This document shows, one piece after another, positions 10,889 to 20,492 of a DNA stretch of 64,000 bases. Each line of letters starts with the position of its first letter. Within the stretch, counting starts at the first letter, position 1. The stretch is from Bacillota bacterium (GTDB lineage Bacteria > Bacillota > Ch66 > Ch109), in NCBI GenBank assembly GCA_050952625.1, contig JBMNLH010000003.1:32001-96000 (forward strand), given 5' to 3'. The notes under the pieces were generated by a model. The model saw nothing but the letters and a program-made list of their open reading frames with translations, did no database searches and was not told the DNA's origin. Position numbers and translations under genes: made by a program.

Positions 10889-10916
10889 ACTTCAACAAAT
10901 CTTCAACAAACTACTT

Positions 10917-11318
10917 CTATGGGTACTCAATCCACTGCCGGCCGTTCTCCTCTTTCAGATATTGACTTATCTGCCAAAAAGCAGCTCGCGTAAACTTGGC
11001 ATTGCAAACCGATTCGTTAAATAGAGTAAAATATGGTACATCATTTTGCCAAAATATCTCTCCGGCCGGTAGGTCGACTACTCGTTCATCGGATAACCGG
11101 GCTTTTAGTCCTTGACCATCATCAAAAACCCCATTGATGATAAACGGTACATCCTCAACCACGACCGGCACCTCTTGATTAAGCCAGCAAATATAGTACT
11201 GGTTATCCTTTAAGCGCAGATGTGACGAAAGCAACTTGACGATTTCCATGCGAAACATTTTTAAACCATTAAAGTACCAGGTGCCGTCATTGGCAATCCT
11301 GATTTCTTCCATCATCAC
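10917..11318 (-). CDS. DUF1285-like hypothetical protein
   Basis: IRIANDGTWYFNG...VVVEDVPF pattern. Confidence 0.65.
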   Translation of the reverse strand: MMMEEIRIANDGTWYFNGLKMFRMEIVKLLSSHLRLKDNQYYICWLNQEVPVVVEDVPFIINGVFDDGQGLKARLSDERVVDLPAGEIFWQNDVPYFTLFNESVCNAKFTRAAFWQISQYLKEENGRQWIEYP

Positions 11319-11345
11319 TCAGATCCACACCTCCGTTGTTTACTC

Positions 11346-12104
11346 TTAATCTTCAACGCTAGATGTAAGCTCAATATATCTGGCTTGGGTTTTAATGCTG
11401 GCCAACAATTCGCTTGTCACCCTTTCGCCTGCCCGAGCCAGTACTTCACCCGTATCGGAAAAGATCGATCGGATAAGTTTTTTGCCGATGAGGTACTGAC
11501 GTTGCCGATATTCAAATATCTGGCTGCCTCGGTAATTGAGCGCAGATACTGGTGCATTTTCCTGATTCTGTTTAACCGATATTTGGTCCAATTCCTCTGG
11601 CTCAACAGGGGTCCGGACTATTAAATCATCTGCTCCCTCATCTACGACTAATACGTCCTTCCCAAAAGTCAAGATCCTCTCACAGGGAATAAAAATCAAG
11701 GCCTGATCATCTAAGGATGCTAATTCACACCCGGCAATTTGGCCGCTATCGATCTCAATAGCCATTTCGGCTACTGTCCCGATTAATCTACCTTTACGAG
11801 TATACACCCTGGTACCAATTACGCGGATTTTTTGATCTAAAAAGGGAACTACCTCTGATTCTTTAGTTAAAGGGCTAAGCATTGCTTTACTCTCAACAGT
11901 AATCGCATCCCGGCCAACTCCCAGAACCGATTTGTAGGGAAGTACTTGAGGAACTTCGTACCAGTCTCTGCCATTTAATAGCAAATACTCGATTCGACCC
12001 ATTTCAGGATTGATCACTAGTTGGCGAATAACCCCTACTTCCTGACCATCGAGAATAGTAATTACCGGCAGGCCAAGAATCTCTTCGGTTTTTCTCATCA
12101 TCAA
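11346..12104 (-). CDS. Tandem PRC-barrel protein
   Basis: ILGLPVITILDGQEVG and IGTRVYTRKGRLIG repeats; start placed downstream of a GAGGAG SD. Confidence 0.8.
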   Translation of the reverse strand: MMMRKTEEILGLPVITILDGQEVGVIRQLVINPEMGRIEYLLLNGRDWYEVPQVLPYKSVLGVGRDAITVESKAMLSPLTKESEVVPFLDQKIRVIGTRVYTRKGRLIGTVAEMAIEIDSGQIAGCELASLDDQALIFIPCERILTFGKDVLVVDEGADDLIVRTPVEPEELDQISVKQNQENAPVSALNYRGSQIFEYRQRQYLIGKKLIRSIFSDTGEVLARAGERVTSELLASIKTQARYIELTSSVED

Positions 12105-12120
12105 AGGCAGACTCCTCTCC

Positions 12121-12150
12121 TGGGACACGGGGACAGGTTATACTGTCCCG
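12121..12150. repeat. REP-like GGGACAGGTT..CTGTCCC hairpin repeat
   Basis: tgggacacggggacaggttatactgtcccg; related copies at 21823 and 37434. Confidence 0.7.
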
Positions 12151-12428
12151 GGCAGTCTACGATCTGAAAATACTAACGCTTATGTTTTATTTTGTTTTAT
12201 TTATATGTATGTTTTAACTCGGTCACTTCTCGCTGTTCTGGTAATTGGCCTAAAGCCATTGATATAGCCATACTAACTAATGTAGTTTCTTCTGTCCTTG
12301 AAAATTTCGACATGGAGAGGGGAATTCCTGCAATTAATGACTAACATTCTTGAGATGTTCATTTATTCGTTTATAATAAAGCAGACAGGATCAGCGAGCA
12401 AAACAATTAATTCCTGGGAGGAAGAAAC

Positions 12429-12710
12429 ATGGTTATTGGGGTATGCACAGCTGATTTATATCTGCCGACAACTCAATCCTTGAAAGACAAAAGAAGAATT
12501 ATTAAAAGTATAATTGAAAAAATACGCGCCAAATTTAATGTTTCGATATCCGAAGTTGACTATCAGGATCAGTGGGGAAAAGCAACGCTGGGCATAGCCA
12601 TCGTCACTACCGATTCAGCTTATGCCCAACAAGTATTAAACGCGGCCACCAAAATTATTGACCAAAACTCCGAAGCAGAAATCTATAATCTGTCAGTGGA
12701 AATACTCTAG
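12429..12710 (+). CDS. DUF503 (YlxP-like) protein
   Basis: SLKDKRRIIKSIIEKIRAKFNVSISEVD signature. Confidence 0.88.
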   Translation: MVIGVCTADLYLPTTQSLKDKRRIIKSIIEKIRAKFNVSISEVDYQDQWGKATLGIAIVTTDSAYAQQVLNAATKIIDQNSEAEIYNLSVEIL

Positions 12711-12765
12711 TGATTCGCTCAATCGATTGTCATGTTCTGATAGTGCGACTTAGCGGCATTAGGGT

Positions 12766-13761
12766 CTACTGTGGGTTTTCGGATTTTGCCTGCGCGTCGA
12801 TAAAACTCCATAAACTCTTCCAGACCGTCTGATCAACTATGCCGGTTACCGGCAACTCCTGGGCGAGCTGGTATGTTTTGACCGCCTCCTCTGTAATATC
12901 GCCAAAGCGGCCATCTGCATCCCCTGAATAGACGCCAACCTGCTGCAGCAAAAACTGGAGGGCCACCACATCCTGGTTGGCTTGTCCTTTACGGAGTGTC
13001 GGAGGATTCTTCATTCGCGGCAACGGGCCAACGATTTTAACCAGAGTATTTGGCTGTACCCATTGGTACAGTAATTCCACATCCTTATTCAACATCCGAA
13101 TACAGCCATGAGAAGCATACGTTCCAATGGACCAAGGTTTATTAGTGCCATGAATACCGTAAGTCCCCCACGGTACGTTCAGACCCATCCAGCGGGTACC
13201 AAATCCACTTCCCCAATGAACCGCCTTCCGCACAATCCGCCATTCCCCAATTGGGCTGGGGGTCGACTTTTTACCGACCGCTACCGGAAAGGTCCGAAAG
13301 GGAACCCCATCAGCATAAACGGTCAATCGTCGGCTCGGCACATCCACAGTCAGCGTAATGTGACCGGTTGGGGCACCTGGATTGGTCGAAACTTCCTGTT
13401 CATATGTTTGGGCCAACACCCGCCAGGTCTCGTCGTCAACCACTTCGTCTGAGGTTAAATCGTTGTTTGATTTGAATTCTTTCACCGTCTCCGCCATTTC
13501 CCGGTCAAAGACCCCGTCATCCGGACCTTGATAATAACCCAGTTCAGCTAATCTGATTTGTAAGCCAACTACATCCAAATCCTTCACTGGCGGGTCCTGT
13601 AAAGTAAGCAGCGGACAAGAATCTACTTCCCCGCAAAATCCCTCTTGGCTGGTCACCGCTCCGGCTATTTCTTTATTGAAGTCGAGCGTTAAGAAACAAG
13701 CGGCAATCAAGATAGCCACCAAGACAAAAATACTGTATCTAGTTGCTTTCACCAGGTCCAC
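12766..13761 (-). CDS. L,D-transpeptidase with two peptidoglycan-binding domains
   Basis: YGIHGT...SHGCIRM catalytic motif; DGVFD/DGRFG PG_binding_1-like repeats; signal anchor. Confidence 0.9.
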   Translation of the reverse strand: MDLVKATRYSIFVLVAILIAACFLTLDFNKEIAGAVTSQEGFCGEVDSCPLLTLQDPPVKDLDVVGLQIRLAELGYYQGPDDGVFDREMAETVKEFKSNNDLTSDEVVDDETWRVLAQTYEQEVSTNPGAPTGHITLTVDVPSRRLTVYADGVPFRTFPVAVGKKSTPSPIGEWRIVRKAVHWGSGFGTRWMGLNVPWGTYGIHGTNKPWSIGTYASHGCIRMLNKDVELLYQWVQPNTLVKIVGPLPRMKNPPTLRKGQANQDVVALQFLLQQVGVYSGDADGRFGDITEEAVKTYQLAQELPVTGIVDQTVWKSLWSFIDAQAKSENPQ

Positions 13762-14250
13762 TCCTTCTCGAACGTTCTTCTCAATATGCGGTATTTTTCC
13801 CCGTTCGCCGCTGACAAATGAATGGTAAATACGTCCTCGGGCAGAAGTACCTGGATTAGATAAACCCGCCAGAGAGAATGGCTAATAAATAGTAAATAAA
13901 GAATAAAATCCGTTTTAAAGCCCAGCCCGCTTTTTGCAAAATTTCTTTCACCATTATTTGATTGCACTCACTCTCAATTATTTCAGCCATATATTAATAT
14001 GATTAATTGGGCAAATTTCAATTTTTGGACATGATTGTGAAAAACATGTTTTGTCCATCCTTGTTGCAGCTGCTGATTTTAATAACCATATGTTCGCATC
14101 GAATGGAAATAAGGTTATTAAGATAGTAACTTTCCATCTAAGAATAGTAGATTTTCATCAAAGATTGAAGGGGTAACATAAAATCGCCACCCCTTCATCC
14201 GGTTTCAAATTCTCTCATTCTTATTAACAAAGCCTAAAAACGGGTGCCAA

Positions 14251-14364
14251 GTGAACCGTTCAGCTTCGCTGAACATGAGGCTTCAGATGGAGACACTACT
14301 CCACCTGAAGTTTAAACAAGGTAACCCCCACTTAATAGAAGTGGGAGTCTTGTGATTCAGATAA
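14251..14364 (-). mobile_element. 115-bp three-hairpin element, near-consensus copy
   Basis: gtgaacc-GTTCAGCttcGCTGAAC-CTTCAGATGGAG..CTCCACCTGAAG-CCCCCACTT..AAGTGGGAG-ttcagataa. Confidence 0.85.
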
Positions 14365-14370
14365 AAAATG

Positions 14371-15237
14371 TTAGACCTCATAGATGGCTAAGCCCACCAG
14401 TCCCGGACCGGTATGAACACCCAGGGCTGGACTTATTTGCGATAGGGTCACCTTGCGCAGATTAGGCAATGACGCTCTTAGTTTGACCAATATCTCTTCT
14501 GCTTCCTTACTGGCCCCACCGTGCATGACCGCCAGATCGACCACCTTTTCCCCGATCCGTTCGCGGGCAATATCCACTAACTTCTGCAACGAAGCCTTCC
14601 GTCCCCGGACCTTGGCAAAGGTAAAGTATTTACCTTCACGATTGACTGAGATTATTGGTTTAATATTCAGGAATTCACCGATGGTCCCCTCGACCAAACC
14701 AATCCGGCCTCCCTTTCTGAGATAATCAAGGGTAGGGATAACGTAGAAGACCTGAACCTTTTCTCGAACATGTTGCAGATGTTTGGTTATTTCCTTCAGC
14801 TTCAAGTTACGCTTTATCTGCTCCGCTGCCTCACACACCTGAAACCCAAGACCCATCGACAAAGTCAAGGAATCAATCACCTCCACCCAGAGATGCTCTG
14901 CTTGCTGACTGATCGTCTTGAACATATCATGGGTCCCGCTTAATCCGCTGGAGATTAAGACTGCCAAGACTTCGCGAAATCCCTCGGCTTTTAGTTTTTC
15001 TAACAATTCAACTACTTCTCCGGCCGAGGGCATTGAAGTCCGCGGGATTTCCGCCGGCATCCGAGCGTAAACCGTTTCTGGTTCGATATCAACCCGATCC
15101 CGATACTCCTCGTTGGGGTAAACAATCTTTAGGGGTAGGATCCTGATGTCGTTTTCCTTAATAATATCATCCGGTAAATCACAGGAACTATCTGTGATCA
15201 GGGCTATTCGATTTGGGACCTGCTTACTGTTTTCCAC
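14371..15237 (-). CDS. DegV family fatty-acid binding protein
   Basis: ITDSSCD, ISSGLSGT, LRKGGRIG, GVHTGPG. Confidence 0.92.
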   Translation of the reverse strand: MENSKQVPNRIALITDSSCDLPDDIIKENDIRILPLKIVYPNEEYRDRVDIEPETVYARMPAEIPRTSMPSAGEVVELLEKLKAEGFREVLAVLISSGLSGTHDMFKTISQQAEHLWVEVIDSLTLSMGLGFQVCEAAEQIKRNLKLKEITKHLQHVREKVQVFYVIPTLDYLRKGGRIGLVEGTIGEFLNIKPIISVNREGKYFTFAKVRGRKASLQKLVDIARERIGEKVVDLAVMHGGASKEAEEILVKLRASLPNLRKVTLSQISPALGVHTGPGLVGLAIYEV

Positions 15238-15420
15238 CTTATTAATGCCTCCATAATATTAATATTAGGTTGTAATTTAACGTTAACCGTTGCAACGGTT
15301 AAGATTCGCTATTCATAAAAAATCTCCTGTTGAAATTTTAAAATACAGGAGAAATTTCTCGATTTTTCGTATTATTTTGTTTGTCGTCTATCTGTCTGCT
15401 ATAATTAAGACAATTTCAAA

Positions 15421-15467
15421 CTAGGCAACCCCCACTGATAGAAGTAGGGGGCTTTCGAGCTCAGATA
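15421..15467. repeat. Partial copy of the 115-bp element in the ECF gene leader
   Basis: aacccccactgatagaagtaggggg...tcagatag. Confidence 0.6.
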
Positions 15468-15547
15468 GTAGATGCCAGTCGTTAATCGCCGATTTTTGTT
15501 TACACACGGCGTGATCTTGTTTTTTGTTTTTACTGGAGGTAGTTGCC

Positions 15548-16126
15548 GTGATTTCGACCCGAACGCTCACTCGGACTGCGTTGTTTTTGGCTTTAACCCT
15601 GGCCATTCAACTTCTTCGTTTTCCTCAGCCAATTACCGGGCCCGCAATTAATGCTCTGTTATTATTGGCTGCCTTAATGATCGGTCCCTGGCCGGCGGTC
15701 CTCATTGGCTGTCTAACACCGGGAGTGGCCTTGCTGGTCGGTATCATTCCCCCGATTGTCAGTCCTCTGGTCCCTTTTATTATGCTGGCTAATGCGATTC
15801 TGATTCTAGTTTTTTACGGAATTAGCCAGGCTATTAACCCGACTCGGGGATCCTTTTACCTATCAAGTCAGTTTCGGTCCGGCCGACGCCCAGCAGTTGC
15901 CTTGTATAGCGGAATCGGGTTAGCGGCCCTAGCTAAATTTGGCTTTCTCTACCTGATCACTCAATTTGCCGTTCAATGGTTTTATCAGCTCGGCTGGATA
16001 AAAGCAGCAATCCCTAGTCAGGCCTTGCTCACCTTCCAGCTCCCCCAACTGTATACTGCTCTAGTTGGCGGGATTCTAGCGGTCACTCTTTATCGCTACC
16101 TGCTTCCTCAAAGATACAAACGATAA
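15548..16126 (+). CDS. ECF transporter S component
   Basis: Hydrophobic helices; TRTALFLAL..ITGPAINALL pattern; GTG start after GGAGGT. Confidence 0.8.
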   Translation: MISTRTLTRTALFLALTLAIQLLRFPQPITGPAINALLLLAALMIGPWPAVLIGCLTPGVALLVGIIPPIVSPLVPFIMLANAILILVFYGISQAINPTRGSFYLSSQFRSGRRPAVALYSGIGLAALAKFGFLYLITQFAVQWFYQLGWIKAAIPSQALLTFQLPQLYTALVGGILAVTLYRYLLPQRYKR

Positions 16127-16611
16127 TTCGGGCTATTCTGCGGAAATTCGGGCCGCAGGTGAAGCAGTCGGTGCGATCCATCTAAGACCTCCCCAATAAT
16201 CGCTTTGGCTAATGGGGTAGCCACAGGGTTGTTCAACACTTCTTCCCGAGTAAAAAAATCAGCCGCAGCGATCTCCCCGGGCCGAGGGGCAACTGTGCCG
16301 GAAATAAAGTGCATCAAAAATACGACATATGTTTCCACCCGGGAATCCGGCAGAATCAGGCTTCTTACAGCTACGACGCCCTGGGCAGTGGCGGTAATAT
16401 TGGTTTCCTCCAGGACCTCGCGCTCCACGGCTGCGTCCAGGTTTTCCCCAACGTCAACATGTCCCCCGGGCAGCAGCCAGCAGCCTTTTAAATGGCCATA
16501 GTTATGCTTAACCATTAACACGCGCCCCTCTTGAATTACCAAACCACCTACCCCGAGCACGTGATAGGCCCGATTCTTATTAGCTCCTTCAGTCAATTGA
16601 TCAACCCTCAC
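16108..16611 (-). CDS. NUDIX hydrolase
   Basis: Nudix box GGHVDVGENLDAAVEREVLEETN. Confidence 0.9.
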   Translation of the reverse strand: MRVDQLTEGANKNRAYHVLGVGGLVIQEGRVLMVKHNYGHLKGCWLLPGGHVDVGENLDAAVEREVLEETNITATAQGVVAVRSLILPDSRVETYVVFLMHFISGTVAPRPGEIAAADFFTREEVLNNPVATPLAKAIIGEVLDGSHRLLHLRPEFPQNSPNYRLYL

Positions 16612-16635
16612 TTATTAGCTATTAGTTATTTCTGA

Positions 16636-16700
16636 TTATCAGGACCGACTCCCGCTTCTATAAGTGGGTTTACCTTATTATAAACTCCAGACTAGAGTTG
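16636..16700 (+). mobile_element. Degenerate copy of the 115-bp element
   Basis: ttatc...gactcccgcttctataagtgggtttacctt...aaactccag. Confidence 0.6.
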
Positions 16701-16752
16701 GAATACAAAGACAGTTTCTAAGACAACTGATCAAGCGTTACTTCCATATATT

Positions 16753-17505
16753 TTAACTCATTAATTTTAAGCCTAAACCTACCGCTACGGACAACAGAAA
16801 GCTGGCTGCGGTCCGGGTCAAAAAGAACCGGAGCGACATCCAGTTTCGCCAACTTACATAATGCACAATAAAAGGCAAGCTAAAACCAAGTAAAAGCAAA
16901 GGGAGATTACTGAACCAGACACCAGTAGTAATTAACCCTCTTTCGGCAATTCCTGCCCATTTCTCTAACGGAGACAGCCAAAGCCCGCTCCCCGGCGATC
17001 CAACCCGGCTTACGGTAAATGTTTGAACCCAGATTACGCCAAAAAATAGACTGATAACATAGGCCAAAGCAACTGCAATCGCCTTTGGATCCAAGTATAA
17101 CCGAACCAGACTATCAAATATGTAAGTCCCCGACAGCCAGGGCGACCAATCTTTTTGATTCAATTCTGGAAAACCGGCCCAATAAGCCAATAGTACAAGC
17201 AGCCCTAAATGAATCCCTTGATCCAATAAAAAAGCACTGATCGGAAACCCAGGCTTTTTCCGGGTAATCACAATCTTCGCCTGATCAATAGCCCCGTGTA
17301 AAACGGTAACAACGGCCACTCCGGCGATAACCGCCAACCCATAAGGCCAGATTAACAGCATAGTGATACCGCCCACCAAGCCGGCATGCAGAGCAACCCC
17401 CGGCCAGCCCCGAATTTTGGCGGCAAAGACATGATTAGTTTGTAAAGGAAAATCTCCCAAAAAATGGCCTAGTAACAAGCATAATAATAGATGCATAGGT
17501 TCCAT
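16753..17505 (-). CDS. DUF3307 membrane protein
   Basis: GHFLGDFPLQ, HGAID and LDQGIH motifs. Confidence 0.82.
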   Translation of the reverse strand: MEPMHLLLCLLLGHFLGDFPLQTNHVFAAKIRGWPGVALHAGLVGGITMLLIWPYGLAVIAGVAVVTVLHGAIDQAKIVITRKKPGFPISAFLLDQGIHLGLLVLLAYWAGFPELNQKDWSPWLSGTYIFDSLVRLYLDPKAIAVALAYVISLFFGVIWVQTFTVSRVGSPGSGLWLSPLEKWAGIAERGLITTGVWFSNLPLLLLGFSLPFIVHYVSWRNWMSLRFFLTRTAASFLLSVAVGLGLKLMS

Positions 17506-17736
17506 CCTAAAATCCTAAATAAGATATTACGAAAGATAACGAAGTTAACGATTTATGATTTGTCTTATAATTCTTTCATTCCTGTTGGCCTACTGCCCGA
17601 GTTAAAACACCAGCGTCTTTATTTATTCGAATAACAGGATAAAGTTTTTCAATTAATTAAAAAGTAAGCCTCCTCACAAAGCGACGATTTATTCCATAAA
17701 TTTAACCAACGGTCCAGTCTTACCAAGCACTGGCAC

Positions 17737-19161
17737 TTATGCCGGATAGAGAAGCTCAAGATGATAATAAACGACAAACCGGTGCTTACTGGCATTTAAT
17801 TCTCCCAGCATCAAAAAATAACGACCTTTTTGCGGCAAACGGCTGGTCTGATTAAATATCATTCCGGTCCCGTCGGAAACCAGGGTTATTGGTTGAGGAT
17901 TTGATTCGCCGATTCCCGGGCCGGTAAGCCATATGCCGAATTGGCTTCCGTTTGATGGCGGACTGGATAGCCGCCCTCTGACCACCAGGTTTGGTTCGCT
18001 CAGCACCAGGGTGTCCAGAAAGTTGAGCCCTAACTCTGTGGCTAAAATTCGGTGCTCAGAAGCAGCAGCGTCACCAGGTTCGGTTAACAAGAGCTGCTCT
18101 AGTTCCAGCGGTTTGGCTGGTTGACGTTCAGCCACGTTGCTGATAAAGTGACGCAATTGATTAGCTAAACTATCCAGCTGCCTCGGATCTCCAAAACACC
18201 CCCGGTGTCCTTCTTTTAATACCAGACCCCGACCGTAGAGCATTTTAAAATCCTCGGCAAAGTTCTCTTCAGTCAGTTCGGCCCATGCACCCGTATCGAC
18301 AAAAGAATCCCTTCCCCGTATCTTCAGGTAGTCAGTCCATACAGCCGGGTTGGCGGCATAATCACCGATAAACTGTTGGTGAAGATAGTGGCCAAATTCA
18401 TGGACCAAAGTGGCGGCAGTTTCGTAATCATCGGCTGAGTCTTCCCCTCGAGCAGAAATAAATGCCCGTTCTTCTTGCAAGGGTAAACCGGCACTATACG
18501 AAAAACCGCGGACTTCCTTAAGCCGGTAAGGCAACAGGAAAACTCGGTAGTTTTGAAAAACCTGATCCGGTAACTTAATTTGATCCAGGACCTGTCTGGT
18601 TTCAACTACTGTCACGTACTGATCCGGCTGAGCGGTAACCATTTCCGAAAAGCCGGCCGCATCCCCCAGGTGATAGTATATTCTATCCAGAGCCGGGTAG
18701 AGATCAGCCACCTTTTTCCCCTTGAGTTGGCCGTCCATGGTGGCGCGAAGAAAATTTTCTCTGGCCGTTCGGGCCAGACCTAAGACGTGAAGCTGACCGG
18801 ATGAGACCGCATCATAAATCAAATAACCGCGCTGAGGATCCTGATAGTCAGGTGTAGTCAGCCGGCTTTGTAGTTGCTGGTTAATCTCTGCCCATTCTGC
18901 CGCGACTAGCCTAACGGCTAAAGCCGGCTCTCGCTGATACTGGTTTAATCGAGTGGCTAACCGATGATAATCTAAAGTGTACCAGTCATTAAAAGACGCT
19001 GACGGGTAACCAGGAATAGAAATATTCTCATTTTTAATCGGCTCACTTATTCCTTCAGCTAACTTGGCCCAAGCCGGCTCTAGCCCAACCCCCAACAAAC
19101 ACACTAGGACCAGCAGGATCCTGAAGATACCTTTCAATCCATTATCCATCACCCTTATCAC
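17737..19161 (-). CDS. Secreted HEXXH putative zinc metallopeptidase
   Basis: Signal peptide; LVHEFGHYLH and a downstream EENFAE. Confidence 0.65.
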   Translation of the reverse strand: MIRVMDNGLKGIFRILLVLVCLLGVGLEPAWAKLAEGISEPIKNENISIPGYPSASFNDWYTLDYHRLATRLNQYQREPALAVRLVAAEWAEINQQLQSRLTTPDYQDPQRGYLIYDAVSSGQLHVLGLARTARENFLRATMDGQLKGKKVADLYPALDRIYYHLGDAAGFSEMVTAQPDQYVTVVETRQVLDQIKLPDQVFQNYRVFLLPYRLKEVRGFSYSAGLPLQEERAFISARGEDSADDYETAATLVHEFGHYLHQQFIGDYAANPAVWTDYLKIRGRDSFVDTGAWAELTEENFAEDFKMLYGRGLVLKEGHRGCFGDPRQLDSLANQLRHFISNVAERQPAKPLELEQLLLTEPGDAAASEHRILATELGLNFLDTLVLSEPNLVVRGRLSSPPSNGSQFGIWLTGPGIGESNPQPITLVSDGTGMIFNQTSRLPQKGRYFLMLGELNASKHRFVVYYHLELLYPA

Positions 19162-19362
19162 CTGCCTAGGATATTTCTCCCCTCGACCCGTGATCTCCTG
19201 CTCTTAGATAGAAATCCCGCTTTTTAGCTGATTTTGTTTGACCGCTTGTGAAATTCGTGGCCGCTCACTCCATTTCGGATAACCTAAGTTTGCCGGAGTA
19301 ATTGATAGCTGGCAATAGGTTTATGCAACCGGCAGACCGGAAATATAATTAAACTAACCTCC

Positions 19363-19393
19363 TCTTGACTTTCCCTGACCTTTGTGTTAAATT
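19363..19393 (+). promoter_or_regulatory. Sigma-A promoter of hsp20 with a CtsR-like heptad repeat over the -35
   Basis: TTGACT-17-TAAATT with extended TG; cttgact-ttc-cctgacc resembles the reverse CtsR direct repeat. Confidence 0.5.
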
Positions 19394-19473
19394 TTAGTTA
19401 ACGAAATAGCCTAGCCTATTTCAATTTTTTGAATAGGTTAGCTATTAAAAAGTGATTTGGGAGGAGGTATAAG

Positions 19474-19917
19474 ATGCGAAAAGATCTGCGAAGTTTAATG
19501 CCCTTTCCCTTTGGGCGAAGAAGTCTGGCTGATTTCTTTGACGATTTTATGAGTGATGACTTTAGCAGCTTTTTCCCGGCGATGATGGGGCGAGAGATTC
19601 GAGTTGATATCCACGAAACAGACAATGAAATTGTCTTAGAAGCAGAACTGCCCGGATTTAATAAAGAAGATATCGAAATTACGCTGGATGATAACAGTCT
19701 CACCTTAAAAGCCAATCAAAAGATGGAAAGCGAAATTCGCCGAGATAACTATCTCCGTCGCGAACGCCACTCAGGATCCTTGGTTCGCAGTTTCTTACTC
19801 CCAACCGAAGTAGATGAAAACCAAGTGAAAACCAGTTTTAACAACGGGCTCCTGGAACTCCGTCTGCGTAAAAAGGAACCCACCAAAACAAGACGCCGCC
19901 GAATTAATATCGACTAA
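19474..19917 (+). CDS. Hsp20/alpha-crystallin small heat shock protein
   Basis: VDIHET..AELPG..RRERHSG..NGLLEL. Confidence 0.95.
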   Translation: MRKDLRSLMPFPFGRRSLADFFDDFMSDDFSSFFPAMMGREIRVDIHETDNEIVLEAELPGFNKEDIEITLDDNSLTLKANQKMESEIRRDNYLRRERHSGSLVRSFLLPTEVDENQVKTSFNNGLLELRLRKKEPTKTRRRRINID

Positions 19918-19948
19918 AAAATTCCCGCCCAATTGAGGCGGGAATTTT
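19917..19948 (+). terminator. Intrinsic terminator after hsp20
   Basis: aaaattcccgcc-caattga-ggcgggaatttt. Confidence 0.85.
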
Positions 19949-20064
19949 ATCTGGTTCAAAAGACCCTTGCTTATCTAAGTGGAGATTTTACCTTGTTCAA
20001 GCTTCAGGGGGGAGTAGTGTCCCCCACCTGAAGCCTGACGCTCAGCGGAACTGGACGAGTTCAC
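19947..20064 (+). mobile_element. 115-bp three-hairpin element
   Basis: ttatctggttcaaaagacc...cttcaggggg..cccccacctgaag...gagttcac. Confidence 0.8.
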
Positions 20065-20069
20065 CAGGC

Positions 20070-20114
20070 TTATTAACCACCCATGCTCCAAGGGCACAAC
20101 CACCAATGAAAATT
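20070..20114. repeat. CCATGC..GGCACAACCAC repeat family, copy 1
   Basis: Matches 31381 and 43684. Confidence 0.7.
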
Positions 20115-20129
20115 GAAAACATTTACGGA

Positions 20130-20387
20130 TTAATCCCGACAACCGACTACTCCAATAATCCAGCCGGTCGCGGAAAACATTAAGAGAAGCCGCAGTTGTT
20201 CTCGGGGCAAGAAGGATAATGAATTATTAGCCACCACCAAACCGATGACTAAGATTAAGGCAGTCATTACTCCCCAAGGCCGCCGGCGCCAGGGAGGAAT
20301 CCGTCGCGCCAAAAACCGGCCAAGAGCAAAGACCGCCCCGGCTATCCCCAGGGTGAGGAGAATATAAACTGCTGGATCGAGCGGCAT
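20130..20387 (-). CDS. Small hypothetical membrane protein
   Basis: Three hydrophobic segments; GAGGTGG SD upstream. Confidence 0.65.
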   Translation of the reverse strand: MPLDPAVYILLTLGIAGAVFALGRFLARRIPPWRRRPWGVMTALILVIGLVVANNSLSFLPREQLRLLLMFSATGWIIGVVGCRD

Positions 20388-20492
20388 TGACTAATCCACC
20401 TCTTTATCTGGTCTGAACAATACTTCTAAAAACCAACCCTATCTGACCTTAATATCTTACTTCTACTTACCGGCGGATTTCTCCTTTTTGCT

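Noticed and set aside
13749-13967. Short ORFs at 13749, 12298, 42560, 45711, 50888, 63700 and the many antisense ORFs within larger genes
   Set aside because: No recognisable motif or SD, and most overlap well-supported genes on the opposite strand or in another frame.
15421-15480. Cobalamin riboswitch (CCCCCACTG resembles part of the B12 element)
   Set aside because: The upstream GGGAA/GGTG..AATCC core is absent, and the segment matches the dispersed repeat better.
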